Numbered from the whole stretch's first letter, positions 26,580-38,234 are shown. The stretch: DNA of 63,149 nt, filler included, from Octopus bimaculoides (GCF_001194135.2; 4 parts of 4 records of this genome joined end to end with filler, not necessarily neighbours in it), one strand, 5' to 3'. Notes: generated by a model from the letters alone, not told the origin. Made by a program: numbers and translations.

Positions 26580-28054
26580 CATTATTATTATTTGTATTTG
26601 AGGCTTTGTTTCTCATACTTAACAACTGCAAGCTATTCATTATTGCCTTGCTTCAGAGGTTTTAAGCCAGGCAAATCGATTCTCTCCCATTCCNNNNNNN
26701 NNNNNNNNNNNNNNNNNNNNNNNNNNNNNNNNNNNNNNNNNNNNNNNNNNNNNNNNNNNNNNNNNNNNNNNNNNNNNNNNNNNNNNNNNNNATACGTTAA
26801 TGTTCATTTGTTTATTTCACCGATGTTTCACAGGAAAAATGAAAGAGGAAAAGAAAAAAATAGAAAGAACAGAAAATAAAATAAAATAAAAACAAAATAT
26901 AAGCAAAAAAAAATAATAATAAAAATAAAGAGGTGAAGGAATGAAAAGAAGGAAAAATATTCAAACAATGTGTACGAACTGAAGCTGGGAGAAATCAAAG
27001 ACGATAATGAAGACTGGAATACAAAGAAGTAAAGCTTCTAGAATAGTCAGAACCTGAATAGAAAGAGGATGGCTGGGGAAGGGAAAGAAACTGCGATGTA
27101 TATGAACGGTGAGTGCAGTTTGTAGAGAAGGTGGCGTGGCAGCGAGAACGGGGAAAGAAAAGAAAGAGAACAAAAGACAAAGGTAATATGGCGACCAGAG
27201 TCGAGTTGGAATGAGATGATGTGAAAAGCTTATAATTTTCGGAAACTTTTGATGTACAAATTCATTAGAGATGGATCAACTACACCAGCATTAGCACCGG
27301 AAAGAAATACTAACACATACTAACATTAACGCGGGCGCTAATGTCAGCGTTAATGTGAACGACATCGTCAGAATAAGTGCCGCCATTGGAATCTTTCTCA
27401 CACACGATTCTGTCATTTTTTCTCCCTTCGTTGTAGGCATTTTAAGGCAGTTATATGTGTGCAAGTGAACAAATGAGCTCGCACATCATATAAATTCAAA
27501 CAAGATCTTAAGAACACTTATTGCTCTTTCTTTTTCCCTTTCTTCGTTCCGTTCTTTCTTCGTTCCTTCTGAAATCATTGAAAGAATGGCAAATAAAAGG
27601 AAAGAAAAACTAGACAAAAAAAAATAAAGAAATAAAGAAGAGTGAATGAAGGGGAGAGAATGAGGGAAAATAAAGAGATAGAGAGGTGGTAAGAGGGTGA
27701 GAAAGAAATCAATAACAAAAATGGCCGTCGATTCAATGAACGATTGAGGAAGCTAGGTCGCAATTGTGAATGCATTAGTTCATCACGTCTCCACCCGTTT
27801 TGTCTTACCTTCATTCAGTTCTATTGCTATGCTTCAGTTTCTATTTACGTTCTTTAACCTTCTCATTTCCCTCCCTTTCACTCCGTTTTCACTCTCTTCC
27901 TCCACCACCATCATTGCCGCCGCCACCGCTGCCAGAAACCACTTAATTCCCTTCTAACAATGGCCAACTCATAATCATTGCTGGCGGTGAAAAAAATGGT
28001 CCACAATACAGCAGAGAGATATGCACTTCACTTTATAGATTATACAACTCTCTA

Positions 28055-28067
28055 CGCCATCTAGTGG
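28055..28067 (-). promoter_or_regulatory. CTCF-like motif CCACTAGATGGCG
   Basis: CGCCATCTAGTGG on + matches the core CTCF consensus; sequence match only. Confidence 0.35.
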
Positions 28068-28480
28068 ATAAAATGTTCAATCATTTTTCTAAAGAGACCA
28101 AGTCTTACTATTTATTGATGGCAACTGAAATAGCTTTGGTGTACTGACGTCATGGAAAATTCCATGCAGGCAATCGCTTTCTTGCTATATTTAAATATAT
28201 ATTTAGTGATATAAGCGCGCATTAAAGAAAACGGTTTGCAATGGCTGACAGGTGAACGCTACGGTTGGCGGTGAAAGTGATGTTGAAGGCGGAGGAGTAG
28301 AGGGAGAACGGTGAGGGTTGAAGGTAGAGTAGGAGATGTGGAAATAAGGAACAAAAAGGGGAGTACATGAAATAGTGAAGGGTGAACATCCGGCACGGCT
28401 GACGGTTAAGGAAACCTTAGAGATAGAAATCGAGGTATGTCTGATGAATAAATACATACATACATACATACATACATACA

Positions 28481-28518
<38 letters not shown>

Positions 28519-28726
28519 GATGAGGGAAACGGAAAATGGAGTTGGCAATAATCTTTATTCAACTCCATTTTCCGTTTACCTCATTCATGATAAACTCAAC
28601 GAACACTGCGGAATTTCTGACGTGGATCCAATGGCGCTTATATCATAACTGTGGATGACATCAGGTAGCCTGAACGGTGGAAGTGCTTTAATCGGCATAC
28701 TACAAACCATATACCGAAGGCCCAAG

Positions 28727-28763
<37 letters not shown>

Positions 28764-29568
28764 ATGCGTGTGTGTGTGTATATATGTATGTGTATGTATA
28801 TATATTACATATATATATATATACATACATATATATATANNNNNNNNNNNNNNNNNNNNNNNNNNNNNNNNNNNNNNNNNNNNNNNNNNNNNNNNNNNNN
28901 NNNNNNNNNNNNNNNNNNNNNNNNNNNNNNNNNNNNNNNNNNNNNNNNNNNNNNNNNNNNNNNNNNNNNNNNNNNNNNNNNNNNNNNNNNNNNNNNNNNN
29001 NNNNNNNNNNNNNNNNNNNNNNNNNNNNNNNNNNNNNNNNNNNNNNNNNNNNNNNNNNNNNNNNNNNNNNNNNNNNNNNNNNNNNNNNNNNNNNNNNNNN
29101 NNNNNNNNNNNNNNNNNNNNNNNNNNNNNNNNNNNNNNNNNNNNNNNNNNNNNNNNNNNNNNNNNNNNNNNNNNNNNNNNNNNNNNNNNNNNNNNNNNNN
29201 NNNNNNNNNNNNNNNNNNNNNNNNNNNNNNNNNNNNNNNNNNNNNNNNNNNNNNNNNNNNNNNNNNNNNNNNNNNNNNNNNNNNNNNNNNNNNNNNNNNN
29301 NNNNNNNNNNNNNNNNNNNNNNNNNNNNNNNNNNNNNNNNNNNNNNNNNNNNNNNNNNNNNNNNNNNNNNNNNNNNNNNNNNNNNNNNNNNNNNNNNNNN
29401 NNNNNNNNNNNNNNNNNNNNNNNNNNNNNNNNNNNNNNNNNNNNNNNNNNNNNNNNNNNNNNNNNNNNNNNNNNNNNNNNNNNNNNNNNNNNNNNNNNNN
29501 NNNNNNNNNNNNNNNNNNNNNNNNNNNNNNNNNNNNNNNNNNNNNNNNNNNNNNNNNNNNNNNNNNNN

Positions 29569-29599
<31 letters not shown>

Positions 29600-29805
29600 T
29601 ATGTATGTATGTATATACATATATATATGGAAACTAAGTCTATCTAATAATATCAAAATATAGCTATTTGAGAACTGCTGCAGATAAATATTGATATGTG
29701 ATTCTGAATACTGAACATTTACAGAATACAAAGCGGACAAAATGGACCATATACTAAGACAGATACACACACTTACATACATACATACATAAATACATAC
29801 ATACA

Positions 29806-29836
<31 letters not shown>

Positions 29837-29844
29837 CATGGACT

Positions 29845-30050
29845 CTCACGTCGTTAGACGACGTACGTAGGCTCGGCAATTTCTTGCCCAACAACTACAC
29901 AGAGGATTTATTTATAGTGATCAAATGTTTGTGCACATATATACTCACTCTCGCCATTAAATCGACATTACCTGGACAGATGCACCGTGTGCCACATGTT
30001 AGATGACGAAATGATCGCAGAACAACGTGACATGAAGTGTATATGTGGAT
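29845..30050 (-). mobile_element. SINE-like repeat, family D
   Basis: Homologous to 23925-24135. Confidence 0.65.
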
Positions 30051-30288
30051 CTGTGTTCTATCGAAACGTATAGAGTTTATTAAATAGCTGTCCAAACGTA
30101 CTCATTCTTGACTCTATTTATTCAATTTTATTTTATATACACATATACATACATACATACATACATACATATCGTGTAGTTAAGCTCTAGTGTTGCTAAA
30201 GATATTTGTAATAAAACTGAACAGAAGTTTCACTGGTACAACTGAATATTTTTGGTGTATTAAGCCAAAATACAATGTGGTGAGAGGA

Positions 30289-30513
30289 AGGTAGCGACCT
30301 GGCAGAACCGTTAACTTGTCTGGCAAGATGTTCAGCAGCATTTCGGCCCATCTTTACGTTCTGTGCTCAAATTTCTCAGATGTTTGTCTTCCATCCTTTT
30401 CAGAGTCGATAAAATAAACACCAGTTGTGCACTGGAGTCGATTTAATCGACGTGATCCCATCCACCCAAAAGAAAAAGTTGCTGGCATTGTTCCAAAATT
30501 TGAAACAAATATT
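30289..30513 (+). mobile_element. SINE family A
   Basis: GACCTGGCAGAACCGTT..TTTACGTTCTG..GTCGATAAAATAAACACCAG..CCAAAATTTGAAAC. Confidence 0.88.
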
Positions 30514-30777
30514 TGTGCGAGGAAATAGCTATTATAGCTTTTTCCTCGAGGAAATAACTATTATACTATTTGCGTGAAAATCCTCAAGATTACCAAATAT
30601 GTTCAGACAATTAACGAAAATATTCGATGGAAAATTTACTTAACAGAGTTCCCGAGGAAATAGATATTCAAGAGTAGAACGTGGTTAGTATAATAGCTGT
30701 TTCCTCGAAATAGTATAATAGCCAATTCTTCGAGGAAAAAGCTATAATATTTGTTTCTAATTTTGGAACAAGGCCAG
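30482..30777. repeat. Imperfect foldback: two inverted SINE-A tails plus GAGGAAATAGCTATTATA subrepeats
   Basis: Left CTGGCATTGTTCCAAAATTTGAAACAAATATT..TATTATAGCTTTTTCCTCGAGGAAATAACTATTATACTATTT; the reverse complement of the right arm is CTGGCCTTGTTCCAAAATTAGAAACAAATATTATAGCTTTTTCCTCGAAGAATTGGCTATTATACTATTT. Confidence 0.85.
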
Positions 30778-31419
30778 TCAAATGACTGAAACAAGTAAAA
30801 GAATAAAAGAATAAAACAATATATATATANNNNNNNNNNNNNNNNNNNNNNNNNNNNNNNNNNNNNNNNNNNNNNNNNNNNNNNNNNNNNNNNNNNNNNN
30901 NNNNNNNNNNNNNNNNNNNNNNNNNNNNNNNNNNNNNNNNNNNNNNNNNNNNNNNNNNNNNNNNNNNNNNNNNNNNNNNNNNNNNNNNNNNNNNNNNNNN
31001 NNNNNNNNNNNNNNNNNNNNNNNNNNNNNNNNNNNNNNNNNNNNNNNNNNNNNNNNNNNNNNNNNNNNNNNNNNNNNNNNNNNNNNNNNNNNNNNNNNNN
31101 NNNNNNNNNNNNNNNNNNNNNNNNNNNNNNNNNNNNNNNNNNNNNNNNNNNNNNNNNNNNNNNNNNNNNNNNNNNNNNNNNNNNNNNNNNNNNNNNNNNN
31201 NNNNNNNNNNNNNNNNNNNNNNNNNNNNNNNNNNNNNNNNNNNNNNNNNNNNNNNNNNNNNNNNNNNNNNNNNNNNNNNNNNNNNNNNNNNNNNNNNNNN
31301 NNNNTATATATCGGAGTAACCACATAAATGTGCACCAAGGTGGAAAAAAGAGTACTCAAATACCAGAGGTAGAGTTATAGGCTTTATTTAAAAGCAGCAG
31401 AAATATAACAAAAAAAAAA

Positions 31420-31457
31420 CTGTTACTCGGAGTTTCACGTTCCCGTTCATCGGACAG
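31420..31457 (-). ncRNA. Minimal type-I hammerhead ribozyme motif (U4C core variant)
   Basis: Reverse complement: ctgt CCGATGA acg ggaa cgt GAAA ctc c gag TA acag; stem I extends to aaaactgt/acagtttt. Confidence 0.75.
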
Positions 31458-31528
31458 TTTTGTTAGAAATGGGAAAGAAATGGCGATGCAATCAAAAAGA
31501 GTCATTTCTTTCCCCATTTCTAATAAAA

Positions 31529-31566
31529 CTGTCCGATGAACGGGAACGTGAAACTCCGAGTAACAG
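31529..31566 (+). ncRNA. Minimal type-I hammerhead ribozyme motif (U4C core variant)
   Basis: ctgt CCGATGA acg ggaa cgt GAAA ctc c gag TA acag. Stem I aactgt/acagtt, stem II acg/cgt, near-palindromic stem III ACTCCGAGT, GUA site. Confidence 0.75.
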
Positions 31567-31623
31567 TTCTCCTTTTTTTTTGGTTATATTTCTGCTGCTT
31601 TTAAATAAAGCATAGACTCTGGT

Positions 31624-31715
31624 GTTGATTTGTTCGACTAAAACCGTTCAAGGCGGTGCACCCGCATGGGCGCTGACCTATGACTGAACGAAATAAAAGA
31701 TAACAGATAAAAGAT
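31624..31715 (+). mobile_element. SINE family B 3' tail
   Basis: TTCGACTAAAACCGTTCAAGGCGGTGC..GCATGG..ATGACTGAA..AAAAGATA. Similar tails at ~19600, 30775, 35130 and 41930. Confidence 0.7.
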
Positions 31716-32519
31716 AGCACAACACAATCGAATATTTTTGACCGCCGTGGTTTACTGATTCTTCCAAACAAGGCAATAAAAATAAAGTAAAAATATTCAC
31801 TCTTAACATACAGGAAGGAAGGAAGGAAAATAATGCAAACGATTTTACTTATAAATCACGATCAAGAATAATGACAAGTGCAGGTTTATTATCAATGAAG
31901 CTCTTATTCAGTGATTTATTTGCGACATAAATTAACTGAGCTACGTAAATACGGCGGTAAAATGAATAATAATGATAAATCTTAGGTAGAAAATGCCAAT
32001 GAAAGATGGTAATCTATTTAGCTAGCGCCATGAGTCCTCGTCTATAGACACACACACGCATACGCACGTACATTTCTCTCTCACACACGCACACATATAC
32101 ACGCTGCACGACACACACTGTTCTCTCCCACATATACATTCACACACGCACGCAACGATATGATTTATAGCTTTAGTGACACCTTTATAGTGTCGTTACA
32201 ACTTGGCTTGTATCGTACAAACATTTTATATACCCACGCGCATACGTACATAATTACACGCGCACACAATGATACGTACATACATACATACATACATACA
32301 TGTGTGTGTGTGCGCGTGTGTATGTATGTATGTATGTATGTATGCATGCGTGCGAGCTGTCGGTATTTGTTTTGTCTTGAAACAGCGTCATCATCTATCA
32401 AAGGATATTTTCCAAAATTTGTACACAACGCAAAATCGTTCTGGGTTTATTCATGAAGAAAAAAAATCCTGAATCCGAACGTCCTCCTTCTGAAGTAAAA
32501 CAGAGAAGATTTATAAGAT

Positions 32520-32630
32520 GGAGAGTGTGTGACAGACAGAGAGTGTGTGACAGAGAGAGAGTGTGAGGGAGAAACAGACAGACAGAGACAGACAGACGGA
32601 GGAAGAGAGAGAGAGAGAGAGGGAGAGAGT

Positions 32631-32670
<40 letters not shown>

Positions 32671-32705
32671 CAGAGGGAGAGAGAATGATGATGATGATTA
32701 TGATG
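32520..32705. repeat. (GA)n/(GACA)n purine-rich microsatellite
   Basis: Directly visible. Confidence 0.9.
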
Positions 32706-32724
32706 AAAGCCTAATAGTTGTAAT

Positions 32725-33060
32725 AACTGAAGCTCTTCACTCCCTTTGGAGCAGAGGCCATCGACTACTTTTCTTTACTGTTCTCGACTCTAAGCTGTCT
32801 TTTTCAGCTTCTGTTTTTACAGCGTTATCTCGCTATCCCACCTCCATCTATTTTTATGGCGTCTTCTCTTCTCTGGGAGAAGGTCTTCCTCTTTCAGGTC
32901 TTGGTTTTGAATTCTCATCGCGGCTTTTGTAACGTTACTTTTTCCTAGAATTGGGAAGCTGAACAACACAAACTACTTTTTACCTTTGAGAAGTGTTCCA
33001 TGTTAGTCTGGTCTCTGACCTAACATTGGAGACCTTACTTACAAGATCATTGAGGCTCAA
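32725..33060 (-). mobile_element. RTE-clade LINE remnant (C-terminus, with a possible 5'UTR piece)
   Basis: Minus strand KAAMR..PRPERGRP..KVVDGLCSKGSEEL resembles the RTE C-terminus. 32960-33060 only resembles an RTE 5' UTR from recall. Confidence 0.6.
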
Positions 33061-33134
33061 TAACCTCAACACGGCAAGAAGTACTAGACCTTATGGCTAT
33101 AATAATTGCAATGGTGTTATAATATCTCTCTCAA

Positions 33135-33765
33135 AAGCATCGCGCCGGACAAAAAGCTTACCGGCGTTTTTACGTCCTGAGTTCAAATGCCTTTCATCCA
33201 CTCGGAGTCGATAAAACACTGGGATTGATGTAATCGATTTATCATATCCTTCAAAATTGCTGGTCTTGTTACAAAATTTGAAACCAATATATATATATAT
33301 AGTTTGAACTCAGAACATTTTGCCCGGCGTGCGAACTGTTCTTTTTTACTCAAGGCCTGAAATTTTGGGGGAGGGGGTCAGTCGATTAGATCGGCCCCAG
33401 TACGTAACTGGTACTTAATTTATCGACCCCGAAAGGATGAAAGGCAAAGTCGACCTCGGCAGAATTTGAACTCTGAACGTAAAGACAGACGAAATATCAC
33501 TAAGAATTTCATCCGGTGTGCTAACGTTTCTTATTTCTTTTATTGCCCACAAGAGGCTAAACATAGAGGGGACAAACAAGAACAGACAAAGGGATAAAGT
33601 CGATTACATCGACCCCAGTGCGTAACTGGTACTTAATTTATCGACCCCGAAAGGATGAAAGACAAAGTCAACCTTGGCGGAATTTGAACTCAGAACGTAA
33701 CTGCAGACGAGATACCGCTAAGCATTTCGCCCGGCGTGCTAATGATTCTGACAGCTTGCCGCATC
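33135..33765. mobile_element. Cluster of SINE family A copies: 33135-33287 (+), 33301-33345 (- partial), 33345-33530 (-), 33530-33765 (-, alternative tail)
   Basis: TTATCGACCCCGAAAGGATGAAAG(G/A)CAAAGTC..GAATTTGAACTC recurs on -, and the reverse complement of the family appears at 33170-33287. Confidence 0.9.
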
Positions 33766-34204
33766 AAAGGCAATATGTCTATTAGACACTGAAGTTGTTA
33801 AAATTCTTCATTTAAAATTCATATCGAAAAGATAGCATGTGGTTTCAAATGTCATTGAAGGTAACATAATATATTCATGAATATTTCCATATTTACAATT
33901 GTTTATATTCATTAAGTATTCAGGAATTATGCTCCATGAATTAGACTATTAATATTTATATTATGATGAATCAGATTATATCAATATTTATATTATCCTT
34001 ATATTCAAACATCGTAAAAATTAACGGTCCCATTTATAGGGCATAAAACCAGAGTATTTAGAATATATAAACATATTTAAATGTGAAACAATGAAAGAGT
34101 ATATCATATTGTATTGTCTATGAAACTTGAAACCACGTACTAATTTGCCAAAGATGTGATCTTTAAATCTTCAGTTTTAGTAACAAGTGTTGCATGGATA
34201 TGTA

Positions 34205-34337
<133 letters not shown>

Positions 34338-34541
34338 ATACACACCGGGCATCTTATACATTTTCCATCTACTAAATTTGTTCAGAATGCATTGGTCGAC
34401 CCTGGGCGAAAATAGTAAAGACTTGTCCAAAGTGTTGTGTGATAGGATTGAAACCGAAACCATGTGGTCACGCAAATAACTTCATAATTACCCAGCAGTT
34501 CTTACACACGCGCGCGCACGTACACACACGCACAGACACGT

Positions 34542-34572
<31 letters not shown>

Positions 34573-34575
<3 letters not shown>

Positions 34576-35125
34576 GATACCCTTCCTGACATCCCTCCTT
34601 ACTTTCTCATGTGCAACTCGAAATTTCTCAAAAGTAGCTGTCCCCTCGTACACAATCCTTCTCCACCTGCAACGGTCAATAGTTATGTCCTCTCATGTGT
34701 CAGGAGAGATGCTAGCATCTCTTAAGGACGCCTTCAGCAAGTCTTTATACCTCTTTATTTGGTTTATGTGGAGGTCGTTCTCCTTTAGCTAACTCTTCAT
34801 AAAAAAGTTGTTTTGGTATCGTTAATCCTAACTGGGAATTCTTCCAGCTTGTCCACAAGAGTAGTCTTAACAGCAAATGCCACTCCAGCCCTTCCTCTAA
34901 CTCATCATCCCTCCCTTTCCAAAAGAATGCATATTTTCCACAAGATTCTGTAAGGTGACCATCTCCCGCTAATCTCGTCTCAGATAAAGCAACGACGTCA
35001 AGATCATAGCGTCGAAGCTCCTTCGCAACAAGTGCAGTTCTTCGTTCAGGACATTTGAGGACTCGCGGTCACGCAGCGTCCGTTCATTCCAACAGCCAAT
35101 ATTCAATATTTTATTTGGTTCTATT
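34573..35125 (-). mobile_element. Internally deleted RTE-BovB-like LINE (APE N-terminus fused to C-terminus)
   Basis: Minus strand: LNIGCWNERTLRD..ERRTALVAKELRRYDLDVVALSETRLAGDGHL..YAFFWKGR..GVAFAVKTTLVDKLEEFP, then IPKQLFYEELAKGERPPHKPNKRYKDLLKASLRD..DRCRWRRIVYEGTATFEKFRVAHEKVRRDVRK. Confidence 0.9.
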
Positions 35126-35950
35126 ACAGAAGCCCGTTGACGGCCGGGTTCAGCATGGTCGCAGTCAAATGGCAGAAACAAATAAAAGAATGAAAGAATG
35201 GATTAATAATGGGTGCATGCGCATGCGTGTGCGTGCGTGCGTGTGTGCATGTGTGCATGTGTGTGTGTGCGTGTGCGTGTGGTGTATGCGCGCTTGTGTG
35301 TGTGTGTGTTCCAATTTGATGTTTATTTCAGAATTTCTTTCATATCGTCATTACAGGAGTGGTGAGCGAAGGCTCTCCAAACATGGAGGTAAATAACTAG
35401 TCTGAATCTTCCACAAAATTTTCAATGCAAAAATCAAATAAAATCCGCCATTTTGTTTTTCTGTTTTTCCATTCTCAGCATGCACAGGATATATTTTTGA
35501 TGAACTGATGTAGGGTCGCTTAGACACATGATAATATAAATTGAATANNNNNNNNNNNNNNNNNNNNNNNNNNNNNNNNNNNNNNNNNNNNNNNNNNNNN
35601 NNNNNNNNNNNNNNNNNNNNNNNNNNNNNNNNNNNNNNNNNNNNNNNNNNNNNNNNNNNNNNNNNNNNNNNNNNNNNNNNNNNNNNNNNNNNNNNNNNNN
35701 NNNNNNNNNNNNNNNNNNNNNNNNNNNNNNNNNNNNNNNNNNNNNNNNNNTATATATATATATATATATATATATATCCGGCTTCTTCTCTGCCTTATAC
35801 CTACCTTTCCTTACCCATTTCTTTATATTTACCTTTAAATGTAATCAATAAACAGGAAATTGAATGAAATAGGCAGATGCAGTTTCTGTCTATGTTACGT
35901 CATGTCTGTTGTTATTTTTGGCTGTCGATGTTGTTGTTATTGTTAAAGTT

Positions 35951-35993
<43 letters not shown>

Positions 35994-36189
35994 TTTACTC
36001 TTTATGACATTGAAATGACAAGGTGGTGCGAATAATCTATAGGTAGAAATATTAGTCTTCTTCTCCTCCTCCTTCTTCATCTTTTTCTCTATACTTATTT
36101 TTCTCGTATCATCATCATCGTCGTCATCATCATTATCATCATCATCATCATCACCATCATCAACATCATCATCATCATCATCATCATCA

Positions 36190-36227
<38 letters not shown>

Positions 36228-36299
36228 TATTTATTTATTATATCTTTCTCCGTTTTCTTTCTCTGTTTAGACGAACTTTCCTACCTTTTCAGACAAAAC

Positions 36300-36377
36300 C
36301 TTTTGTAACCTTCGTCCTGTCCTTGTCTTTATATGTTTTTAGTTGATATTAGCCCTTGTGGCCAATAAAACGAATTA

Positions 36378-36378
<1 letters not shown>
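36300..36378 (+). repeat. Retroposon 3' tail (TAGCCCTTGTGGCCAATAAA) near (ATT)n tracts
   Basis: Matches the reverse complement of the alternative SINE-A tail at 33530-33590. Confidence 0.55.
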
Positions 36379-36412
<34 letters not shown>

Positions 36413-37424
36413 GTTGTTGTTGTTGTTGCTTTTATTGTTTTTGTTCTTGTTGCAGTAACAGTGAATCTTTTTTTTTTAATAGACATATTTTAAAAAATTC
36501 TTTTTGGTTGTCACCTCAAAAACTATACGCANNNNNNNNNNNNNNNNNNNNNNNNNNNNNNNNNNNNNNNNNNNNNNNNNNNNNNNNNNNNNNNNNNNNN
36601 NNNNNNNNNNNNNNNNNNNNNNNNNNNNNNNNNNNNNNNNNNNNNNNNNNNNNNNNNNNNNNNNNNNNNNNNNNNNNNNNNNNNNNNNNNNNNNNNNNNN
36701 NNNNNNNNNNNNNNNTGCGTCTGTGTATATGTATGTGTGTGTGTGCGTGTGACTGCGTCTGTGTATATGTATGTGTGTGTGTGTGTGTGCGCGCGAGTGT
36801 GTGTGTGTCTGTGTGCATGTCTGTGTGCATGTTTGTGTATGTGTGTGAGTGTGTATGTGCTGTGTCTGTGTCTGTGCTTGCGTTTGTGCGTGTGCGCGTG
36901 CGTATGTGTGTACACGTGTGTGTGTGTGTGCCTGTGCGCGCTCGTATGTGAGTGTGTGTATCTTATTGTATGCAGTTAGATGTACGACTTCTCCTGCATG
37001 AGTTATAGCTCCCTATAGATTATCGTTATCCAGTCAGCTTCCAAAAGACTGGTTAGTGTACCGCTGTACCTAGTAGTATTACTAGTTAAGATACACAGAG
37101 GATATGTAGGAGAAAATTAAGATAAACAGGATTATAAATATTTAGTTCCTACGTACGTTTCACCATAGTAGTCATTTGGAACTCACCATAGGATGTTCCA
37201 AGTACATTTGGATGCGTTACCGCAATGGATCATCAGGAAACACTTAATTGTATTCTCGTGCAGAGATCTAATATTTGAAGTCAGACACATAGCTAGGTAA
37301 TCTATAAGTATCTACAGAAAGAAGTAGAAAGAACGTAGGTGGTGCACAGAAAAAACAAAAGGGAAAAGGGAAAAGACAGAACGTAGCAGTAAACAGAATA
37401 AAAGGTAAGTCTGCTAATAGGCAA

Positions 37425-37555
37425 GAAGCTTGGTTCCGAGTTCAGTCCCATTGCGTAGTACCTTGGGCAAGTCTTTTCTACTATAACCCTTTAAGGCGGT
37501 GCTCCAGCATGGCCGTAGTCAAATGACTGAAACAAAACAATGATAAATAAGTAAA
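37425..37555 (+). mobile_element. SINE family B with internal deletion (head joined to tail)
   Basis: GAGTTCAGTCCC..CCTTGGGCAAGTC..CTACTATA followed by TTAAGGCGGTGCTCCAGCATGGCCGTAGTCAAATGACTGAAAC. Confidence 0.8.
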
Positions 37556-37595
37556 TAGAATACAGTAAGCATAGGCAGGTTCAGAATACACACAC

Positions 37596-37630
<35 letters not shown>

Positions 37631-37716
37631 CGTATATATATATATATATATTATNNNNNNNNNNAATACACACACACATATATATATATATATATATGCG
37701 TGTGTGTGTGCGTGTA

Positions 37717-37749
<33 letters not shown>

Positions 37750-37762
37750 TATGTATGTATGT

Positions 37763-37970
37763 CAATATCCTCCACCATCATCACTACAAGAACTGGAGAC
37801 TGTTTTAGTTGAAGAATGGACAAAAATTCCTTTGGGAACAATTCAAACTTTGTATGAGTTCATACCTCATAGAATAATTCAAGCTGTAATTACTGCTAAA
37901 GGCATTCCTACTCCATATTAGAATAAATTTGTTTGAAATTTTAAGGTGTTTCCATTATTTTGTCCAACTA
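37763..37970 (+). mobile_element. Tc1-like transposase C-terminus and 3' end
   Basis: YPPPSSLQELETVLVEEWTKIPLGTIQTLYEFIPHRIIQAVITAKGIPTPY*. Confidence 0.85.
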
Positions 37971-38198
37971 TAATATGGTAGTTTTGACTTTAATAGTCCC
38001 TCCTAGCGTGAGGCATTTATGTATAGTAATGCCCTTAATATATTTAAAGGGAACAATTAATAAATTTTTCCCTTATGTGTTTTTCACGTTAACTACTTGA
38101 TAAAATCTTATAAAGATTTTATCCTATTTTTAAATTGTATATATATATATATATATTCTCTCTTCTTTTTTTTTCTTTCCTTATTTCTTTCTGTGTTC

Positions 38199-38234
38199 CT
38201 TTCTGTGGAAGAGCGTAGGCTCGAAACGTTAAAG
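38199..38234 (+). ncRNA. Degenerate minimal hammerhead-like motif
   Basis: cttt CTGTGGA a gagc gtag gctc GAAA cg TT aaag. Stems I and II pair, stem III is the palindrome ACGT, and the core has A6U plus an extra A. Confidence 0.5.

Larger units (their letters stand above)
31362..31623. repeat. ~260-bp near-perfect palindrome (arms ~31362-31482 and 31503-31623, 20-nt spacer); Penelope terminal-repeat-like
   Basis: The arms match as reverse complements over ~110 bp with few differences. Confidence 0.95.
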
